From NCBI RefSeq assembly GCF_002113885.1, contig NW_018408441.1:301608-365607 (forward strand): 64,000 nt of DNA, read 5' to 3'. Below, piece by piece: positions 56,074 through 64,000 of this stretch; within the stretch, counting starts at the first letter, position 1; the number at the start of each line of letters is the position of its first letter. This DNA is from Mizuhopecten yessoensis (lineage: Eukaryota). A program made the translations under genes and the position numbers. Under the pieces are notes generated by a model. It saw only the letters and a list, made by a program, of their open reading frames with translations, did not search any database and was not told the DNA's origin.

Positions 56074-56079
56074 TTTATT
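56074..56079 (-). terminator. Candidate proximal poly(A) signal of HMBS
   Basis: Minus-strand AATAAA ~90 nt after the stop codon, with U-rich sequence downstream. Confidence 0.35.
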
Positions 56080-56167
56080 ATATATATACATATATGCTTA
56101 AGTTGTGCTTTCCTTTTTTTAACATACATATTTACAATATAAAACAAAATTTATAAATTCACCTGTA

Positions 56168-56434
56168 TCATACTTTTTCTGTAGTTGGTAATGAACCATT
56201 TTCTGCTTTTGTTTCATTGTTTTTATTTTTGACCTCTTCCATTTTCTTTTTATTGTCCTCGATAATTGCAAGGCGTATTTCCTCTTTGGCCTCGGCTATA
56301 ATATGACCTGCATCTGAGTCTAAAATTAAACGTGCGAGCTCATAGCCGGCGTCCTCACAATGTTGCATCTCTTCTTTAGACACGCCATTACTTACAACAC
56401 TGGCATAGGTCTTCTCATCTTCTGTTCGACAAAC
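56168..56434 (-). CDS. HMBS: HMBS terminal coding exon (VCRTE...PTTEKV*)
   Basis: Acceptor ttttgtcag; [16 protein letters not shown] matches the family C-terminal helices; TGA stop. Confidence 0.9.
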   Translation of the reverse strand, partial: VCRTEDEKTYASVVSNGVSKEEMQHCEDAGYELARLILDSDAGHIIAEAKEEIRLAIIEDNKKKMEEVKNKNNETKAENGSLPTTEKV

Positions 56435-59400
56435 CTGACAAAACATAAATGAATATCGATTGTTTTACATTTTCTATTATTTTCACTTGTTTGAAAATTC
56501 AGAGACAAATTCTGCTCATTACCGTCAGACTATATTTAGCATAAATGAAGCAAATATTAACTACAAAGTTTATTTATGTTACAACAGCTATGAACCAAGT
56601 TATTGCAACTAGTATTAATCACTCTTGTTGGCCCTAATGTTCGTGTGCTAGAGTTTTAATGCAAAAGGAAACCCTGGGAAAAAAAACCATGGTCGGGCAG
56701 GTGACCCCATACCTTTTCAGGTCTGAAACCCCGGCCACCTTGGTGAAAGAAATGTTTCAGGTCATAATAATACAAGAGGCCTAAAGGGCCTATATCGCTC
56801 ACCTGTTCCTTTTGTTACATGAAATTGACCTATAGGTAACTTCAGACCAAATTTGGTAACTAGAACACCAGACATTTTAACATCTCTTACAAACTTGATA
56901 AGATATTGTTGTTTGAAATTTCAACTTTTTAATTTTAAAGCTTTTAACATTGTTGACCTTTGACTCCGGCTAGCACCTGAAGTTCACATTTGACCTCATT
57001 ACTGTAATAAAGAAACAATTCACAGCTGGTCTACATAACATACCCAAGTATCATGACTCTAGACCAAATGCTTCTTAGGATATCATTGTTTGAAGTTTTT
57101 AACATATTTGACCCCTGTGACCTTGAAACTAGGTCAAGGTCATTTTAATGAGGAAAATTTATAGCACTCCATCCCAGGTACATATTGTACATAGTACTTA
57201 CTGGCCAAATATCACGACTTTTGGCCTTATGGAATTTGAGAAGAAGACGATTGTTAAAGCTTTACACCCATGTTGACCTTTAACCCCAGCTAGCATTAAG
57301 AGTCGACCTTTGTCCTCATTACTGTCATTAAAGGAAAGATTCGCACTGCTGGTTTACATAACATACCCAGGTATCATGACTCTAGTACAAATGGTTCTAA
57401 GGATATTGTTGTTTGAAGTTTTTAACATATTTGACCCCTCGTGACCTTGAAATTAGGTCAAGGTCATTTTAATGAGGAAACTTTATAGCACTCCATCCCA
57501 GGTACCTACTGGCCAAATATCATGACCCTAGGTCCTCCAGTTCTTTAGAAGAAGTCGTTCAAAAGAAAAAGTTGACAGGCAGATAGATGGATGGACGACG
57601 CAGTAGGGCAAAAGCTCACATGGCCTTCGGGCCAGATGAGCTAAAAATATATACTTTTTTTAATTGTATCCTGGTTTTTAACTTGATGCAGATCTTAAAA
57701 TGATATGATGGACTACACTAAACACATTACTATAGTTACCTTCTTTGACGAAGGCTTCGGGTCGGGACAGAGGTCCTTAGATATATGGACAATCTTGTGC
57801 TTGGAGCCATCAATACTGAACACACCACCATCTATATGCAGCTGTGGAAATAAAATTATCATTAGTGTTGTTGTATTTCCTACAACATTTCGGTAGACTT
57901 TAAATAACCAATTGTATCATGAATATGTACTTTTAATCACTTATGCAGTTTGAACAGAAATCATGGCATCAATTACGAAATCTCATTTTGTTTACAGATT
58001 TTATAGTAAATACTTTTTTTAGATACACAAGAGCAATCAGGTAGCATGATAATGCAGCATGAAATTGTAACTTATTCAGATTATTTTGGGTTTGTGTGCT
58101 TACCTGATTGTCCCTAACTTCTGTGATTACACTGACTGGTACACTGCACCCTCCCTCCTGTATACATATAACAAACATGGCTGTGAGTGTGAGAACCAAC
58201 TAGTACCAAACAATTAGCCAATCTGTCCTGTATACATAAAAAACATGGCTGTGAGTGTGACAACCAACTAGTACCAAACAATTAGCCAATCTGTCCTGTA
58301 TACATAATAAACATGGCTGTGAGTGTGAGACCCAACTAGTACCAAACAATTAGCCAATCTGTCCTGTATACATAATAAACATGGCTGTGAGTGTGAGGAC
58401 CAACTAGTACCAAACAATTAGCCAATCTGTCCTGTATACATATAACAAACATGGCTGTGATTGTGAGAACCAACTAGTACCAAACAATTAAAAAATCTGC
58501 CCTGTATACATATAACAAACATGGCTTTGAGTGGAAGAACCCACTAGTTCCAAACAAATAACCAATCTGTCCTGTATTCATAACAAACATGGCTGTGTGT
58601 GTGAGTACCCACTAGTACCAAACAATTCATCCACAAATTACCATGCAATTAACCAATCTGTCCTGTAGGCATAACAAACATGGCTGTGATTGTGAGTACC
58701 CCCTAGTACCAAACAATTCATCCACAAATTACCATGCAATTAACCAATCTGTCCTGTCATGGCTGTGAGTGTGAGAATCCACTAGTACCAAACAATTAAC
58801 TAATCTGTCCTGTATACATAATAAACATGGCTGTGAGTGTGACAACCACCTAGTACCAAACAATTAAAAAATCTGCCCTGTATACATAACAAACATTGCT
58901 GTGAGTTTGAGAACCCACTAGTACCAAACAAGTAACCAATCTGCCCTGTATACATAACAAACATTGCTGTGAGTTTGAGAACCCACTAGTACCAAACAAG
59001 TAACCAATCTGCCCTGTATCCATAACAAACATGGCTGTGATTGTGAGAACCCACTAGTACAAAACAATTAACCAATCTGCCCTGCATACATAACAAACAT
59101 GGCTGTGTGTGTGAGTACCCACTAGTACCAAACAAGTAACCAATCTGCCCTGTATACATAACAAACATGGTTGTGAGAGTGAGAACCCACTAGTACCAAA
59201 CAAGTAACCAATCTGCCCTGTATCCATAACAAACATGGCTGTGTGTGTGAGTACCCACTAGTACCAAACAAGTAACCAATCTGCCCTGTATCCATAACAA
59301 ACATGGCTGTGTGTGTGAGTACCCACTAGTACCAAACAAGTAACCAATCTGCCCTGTATCCATAACAAACATGGCTGTGTGTGTGAGTACCCACTAGTAC

Positions 59401-62400
59401 CAAACAAGTAACCAATCTGCCCTGTATCCATAACAAACATGGCTGTGTGTGTGAGTACCCACTAGTACCAAACAAGTAACCAATCTGCCCTGTATACATA
59501 TAACAAACATGGCTGTGATTGTGAGAACCAACTAGTACCAAACAATTAGCCAATCTGTCCTGTATACATAAAAAACATGGCTGTGAGTGTGCGATCCCCC
59601 TAGTACCAAACAATTCATCCACAAATTACCAAACAATTAACCAATATGCCCTGTATACATAACAAACATGGCTGTGAGTGTGAGAACCCACTAGTACCAA
59701 ACAATTCATCCACAAATTACCATACAATTAACCAATCTGTCCTGTATACATAACAAACATGGTTGTGAGTGTGAGAACCCACTAGTACCAAACAATTAAC
59801 CAATCTGCATGGCTGTGAGTGTAAGAACCCACTAGTACCAAACAATTAACCAATCTATCCTGTATACATAACAAACATGGCTGTGAGGGTGAGAATCCAC
59901 TAGTACCAAACAATTAACCAATCTGTCCTGTATTCATAACAAACATGGCTGTGAGTGTGAGAACCCACTAGTACCAAACAATTCATCCACAAATTACCAT
60001 ACAATTAACCAATCTGTCCTGTATACATAACAAACATGGCTGTGAGTGTGAGTACCCACTAGTACCAAACAATTCATCAACAAATTACCATACAATTAAC
60101 AAATCTGTCCTGTGTATAGCCCAAGCAAGTTGGTAGACTACATTTGTACATCACAGTGATTACTAAATAACAAGCGGCCCTCTTAAAAATACATTGTATG
60201 ATGTTCATAAACAGAGGTACAAATTTTGTGTGTTACTTTCTCAATATCAAGAGTTTTACAAAAAGGTTGTCTATAAAACAGAAATGTTAGCCTGCTTATT
60301 TGTATCTGTTTGAAGACAAGGGTATAGTATCATAGGTGTGATGTACCGGTACATATAGTGCAGCATCCACTGGTGTAACAAAGTGACATACCTAGAACCC
60401 TATACTTGCCAACTCTCTCTACATTGGAGGGGGACACCTGATTTTAGACCTTAAAATTGAGGATTTTCAACCAGATCAAATGATTTCATCTGAAAGAACA
60501 TCTCAAAAGATGTCATTAAAAGTGATATTTTCCTGCTACAATGTAGACACATTTAATTTATGTAATTAATTTGGAGCACATGTAATCTCCCCCATAGAAA
60601 TTTTAGAAATTTCAAAAAGATGGCTAGTATGGAACCCTTCGGATGTATTCTTGTAACAAAATATTCATAAATGTTGAAAATTTAATGTACCTTGGTAACA
60701 GGAAATAGCTAAATTTGTACTATATTACTCAGTAAATAATTTCTTGGGTGTGGTCGGAAGGGGAATACATGCTGTAATTTATTTCATTAGCCAAAGAAAT
60801 AAGAATTAAATGTCTTTAAAACCTTCAAATTTTGATGGGTGCATAAAAACTGCTGCTTTCCAAAGAAGATCATAGATTGCAATGTTCACAATGCATATTG
60901 CTCATATATATCAGTTTTATAGCAGGCAAATCTAAATTTGACAGCCAGACCCAAGGGATGAATGACGTACCAAAGTCTTGAGGAAAGACCTTTCAGCCAC
61001 ACATTGTAGGACAGTGTCATTGTCGTGTATAACTGATAGCATCTCTAGAGTGTCTTTGTCATCAGATCGACACTCCACACCCATAGCTCCCTGGCTCACG
61101 GCGTACATACACAAGTCAGAGGTCAAGACCTGGAATCGAAGGTCAAACAATTCAATGTGATATAATAAACATGCAATGGGCATAGGTTTATGAAATCATT
61201 CTAATGCTACAACTTCAGTAATGTCTCCAAATTTTATTTTTTGTAACTCTCTTTTGTTGTTACATTAAACAATAATTGTTCTTCCTCATCCCTTGAACTA
61301 TGAAATGAGCTTTAGCAATCAATATGGATTTTGAGCACAACAACAATTTGTCTGAATACAAATCGAAAAACAGTTTACTAAATGGTCTCTGATTGCTGTC
61401 AAAGAACATAGGTAAGTTAATTCATAGATTTCACTTTCTTATAAAAAGACTGACATTTTTATTTTGGCATATTTAACACAAACACCTCACAATAAGAAAC
61501 AGTGTATTTACAACATATGACAGCACATTCTGAGTAGAAGTAGAGGAAACAGAGTCAAATTGTACCTGGTCTATCCTGTGGCTCCATCCCATCCTATCCA
61601 AGCCAGCCACAGCAAGTATTGTTGCATCATATTTGTTGTCATCATCTAATTTCTTTAGTCGGGTGTTCACATTACCACGCTAGGATCACTGTTAAGGTGT
61701 ATATAACTAATGGAGGTATTACTGAAGTCACACTGTCTGTATTTTTGAATATGTAACTTCCTGTCACTATGGCGTACCTGTAACTATACGAGAGGCAATA
61801 TAGGTAGATATTACACTATATTATTTTTTCATATCATTCCCGACAAGTGATTGGCCAGGAGTGCATCACGTGTCCACCGATAAAAACCGATATTGATTTG
61901 GAGCGCATGATTTTTGTTGAAGGACTGGGTGTTTCTAAAAATAGAATTATGACGTGTCTCCAAACAATGCACTGTCCCACTTCCAAAGCTGTTTTGTTGT
62001 GGTTTTTTTTCTCAGATTGCTTACATTACTGTTTTGTAAAATAATAAAACAGTTGTAGCCTTTAACTTCGGTCAATACCTAGATTTATCGACCCGAGAAA
62101 AGAAATATTGACCTCAGACTGCGTCCTCGGTCAATATATCTTTTCTCGGGTCGATAAATCCAGGTATTGACCTCAGCCAAAGGCTATAATTGAATGATAT
62201 TTATCAATTATGGACTTTTGTTGAGGTGAACATGTGTTTATGTGAACCTTAGAAAGTGATATTAACCGTCGTTATCATTAAACTTAATATAATGTATGAA
62301 AATCGTAAGGAGAAACATACTGCATTTGACGGGGAGCATTTTGACATCATCATGGAAATGACGTCATAAAAACAATATTAACCTACAAAATGTAGTAAAA

Positions 62401-63979
62401 AATAGGTAACACAGAGTCAATATCACTTACCAATGAGGATTTGGGAAAAAAAGAAATGTCATGTACCTGGTATACCTCGTAACAAGAATGACATACAATC
62501 TTTTGAATCATAAATAGCTTTAGTCACTGTAATTGTGTTTCCACGTCCCCCAAAAGGATACAATGTTCTCAAACTTAAACGTCGGGAATTTTCTAGAGAT
62601 CTGCGACTGCCTCCTTAGGGAGCTGGTTCCAATAACACTACAACAGATAAACAAGGACTGTACAATACAATCATGTTTTTTTTTTTTACAATTCAATAGA
62701 GCTCATTGATACATAGCTGTAAAGAAAAGATATTTTAACAGTATGTGGTTCTGAATCAATAAATCAAACAGAAATCACATACCTTCCATCTGGTAGGTCC
62801 TTAAGAGTCTTCCCTTTGTGTTTTGGGTGCATCACTACAGCATCATAGGGATTGTCTCTCCTGGAACACAGTGTGTTAAAACTGCTATTAAGCTAGCCTA
62901 GTCAAAGCAACTTTGTTCCCCTTCTGACAGAAAATTTGGATTCACAAACCATAACATATTGACTTTCTTGACCTTGAACAAATTGAAACTTTTCTCGACC
63001 TCCCCCTCTAACTTCTTAAAAGTTTGGTGACCTGATCGTACACCTGGCAAAGAGCTGAATTAATAGAGATTTAATACCTGTATCAGTATTCATTTATATT
63101 TCTTACAACACTAAATTATTGGTTTTTTGTTTGGAGAAGAATAAATAAACAAGATGTCAAATTGTATTTTCTAAAAAGTTTTGGTTTACACGAAACCTAT
63201 GCTGTGTATATTATTTTATCCACATCTTTGCAGTCAAAGGACAACCTAAAGTATATTCATACTTGTTCATAGAAACATGCTAATTAAAAATTAAACATTA
63301 CTTGTATACACATCCAACCACTAGATTTTTTGGAAGATTGGTAGGCAGGTCCTTGAGAGAATGCACCACAAAGTCCACAGATTTATCCTCCAGAGCATTC
63401 TCCAGCTCCCGTGTGAATAGACTCTTCTCTCCAATCTGATAAGTAAAACACCGATACAATTTCCGGATATTTAAATTTTTTATGAACTTGTGAAGTATAT
63501 GCAAGTTTTGCACATACTGGTAAATACTGTAATATCAGGTGTAAATTAAAGCCATTATTTAAATATGATAAATTTCACGTAATAACAAAAATTGTAATTT
63601 ACTGAGGCAAACACGTTTACCAATGTAGAAACAGAAATGATGATGAAGGTTTACTGAACACAATTAAATAATCTACAGGTTTTGTTTGCATGCATGGGTC
63701 TAATACAACAATTTCATACTGGGCACACAACCACCATAAAATATTTATTTTGTCACTTTAGGACAGACTAATTCCCTGGTCCTTCAGCCTGTGGAAAAAG
63801 TTTGCCTTTCTGAGATAATATAATTACAATTCTCCTCATTCCATAACTACAATGCAACTGATCAGTATATGTTTATGAGCCATGATCGGGGTCCTGATAA
63901 TCAATTTACTACATTTACCAAGTATTTACCTTTGACAAAGCAGCATCTAAAATCTTGTCTCCTGTTGTAGCCATGGTGA
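56168..63979 (-). CDS. HMBS: Porphobilinogen deaminase / hydroxymethylbilane synthase, 5'-partial; join of 63930-63979, 63302-63435, 62783-62860, 62562-62637, 61566-61679, 60971-61129, 58104-58157, 57740-57841, 56168-56434 (~343 aa in window)
   Basis: Spliced translation has all family motifs: [27 protein letters not shown] (catalytic Asp), R.NP.DA, GTSSLRR, IRGN.NTRL.KLD, AGL.RMG, YAVSQGA, AER.FL..LEGGCS.P (dipyrromethane Cys). All introns are GT-AG with matching phases. Confidence 0.98.
56610..56750 (-). mobile_element. Truncated SINE-like fragment
   Basis: 'ggaaaccctgggaaaaaaaaccatggtcgggcaggtgaccccatacc...aaccccggccaccttggtgaaag' resembles the antisense of a tRNA-SINE head and central domain. 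Confidence 0.4.
56772..57647. mobile_element. Non-autonomous Helentron-type element (HINE/DINE-1-like) in the last HMBS intron
   Basis: One end acaagaggcctaaagggcc...tcgctcacctg; internal duplicated ~310-bp block containing tgaccttgaa.taggtcaaggtca; short gaca/gatg microsatellite; terminal hairpin agctcacatggcc-ttcg-ggccagatgagct followed by an A-run. Confidence 0.75.
57740..57841 (-). CDS. HMBS: HMBS exon ([13 protein letters not shown]...PKPSSKK)
   Basis: Acceptor ttttatttccacag, donor AAG|gtaact; matches the L.L.GGV.S.DGS motif; not in the ORF track. Confidence 0.95.
58104..58157 (-). CDS. HMBS: HMBS exon with the cofactor-binding cysteine ([18 protein letters not shown])
   Basis: Acceptor tatacag, donor CAG|gtaagc; GGCS.P motif. 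Confidence 0.96.
58158..60115. repeat. 68-bp minisatellite (with longer variants), ~27 units, abutting and including the HMBS splice acceptor
   Basis: Unit ctgtatacataacaaacatggctgtgagtgtgagaacccactagtaccaaacaattaaccaatctgtc; the 68-nt offsets of the ORF-track entries confirm the period. Confidence 0.97.
60971..61129 (-). CDS. HMBS: HMBS exon ([14 protein letters not shown]...AERSFLKTL)
   Basis: Acceptor ttccag, donor TTG|gtacgt; 159 nt, phase 0/0. Confidence 0.97.
61566..61679 (-). CDS. HMBS: HMBS exon ([12 protein letters not shown]...RIDQ)
   Basis: Acceptor cctag preceded by a U12 branch site; donor CAG|gtacaa; 114 nt. Confidence 0.97.
61680..62561 (-). other. U12-type (minor spliceosome) GT-AG intron, 882 nt
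   Basis: 5' splice site GTATCCTTTT (62561-62552); branch site CACCTTAAC (61699-61691) ~12 nt from the AG; no polypyrimidine tract. Confidence 0.93.
61810..62200. mobile_element. Non-autonomous DNA element with a long subterminal palindrome (Crypton-like, tentative)
   Basis: CpG-rich insert in a CpG-poor gene body; fold-back 62050-62192 with arms ggtcaatacct.gatttatcgacccgagaaaaga.atattgacc. Confidence 0.65.
62562..62637 (-). CDS. HMBS: HMBS exon ([25 protein letters not shown])
   Basis: Acceptor gttgtag, donor ATT|gtatcc; 76 nt; not in the ORF track. Confidence 0.97.
62783..62860 (-). CDS. HMBS: HMBS exon ([25 protein letters not shown])
   Basis: Acceptor gttccag, donor AG|gtatgt; 78 nt; not in the ORF track. 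Confidence 0.96.
63302..63435 (-). CDS. HMBS: HMBS exon (IGEKSLFT...HSLKDLP...GCVY)
   Basis: Acceptor ttatcag, donor AA|gtaatg; 134 nt; contains the catalytic Asp motif. Confidence 0.97.
63930..63979 (-). CDS. HMBS: HMBS exon ([16 protein letters not shown])
   Basis: Acceptor tttttcag, donor AAG|gtaaat; 50 nt. Confidence 0.96.
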
Positions 63980-64000
63980 CTGAAAAACATTAAAATTAGA

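Noticed and set aside
58850-59622. Family of 60-aa ORFs
   Set aside because: Each is offset by the 68-bp repeat period; artefacts of the intronic minisatellite
60932-63513. ORF-track starts and ends for the HMBS pieces
   Set aside because: They run into intron sequence; boundaries were reset to splice sites that give a continuous in-phase HMBS protein

Overview
AT-rich eukaryotic (animal) genomic DNA. The repeat repertoire suggests a bivalve mollusc, but this is inference only. The one recognisable protein-coding gene is the 3' part of porphobilinogen deaminase / hydroxymethylbilane synthase (HMBS, hemC family) on the minus strand: nine coding exons between 63979 and the stop at 56168, all with consistent splice phases, and the N-terminal exons lie beyond the right edge. 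One HMBS intron (61680-62561) is a clear U12-type (minor spliceosome) intron. The intron before the exon carrying the cofactor cysteine contains a ~2 kb minisatellite whose unit copies the real splice acceptor and is followed by an in-frame 21-nt AG...GT cassette. The first ~52 kb contain no recognisable gene. They hold many minisatellites (29, 45, ~31, 50/51, 59, 36 and 52 bp units), decayed LINEs (RTE, L1/Tx1, CR1), a tRNA-derived SINE, several MITEs, and CpG-rich, TAAT-rich islands that look like cis-regulatory elements. No CRISPR array, rRNA or functional tRNA was found. Repeat family names come from motif recognition, not from a database search, and repeat boundaries are approximate.
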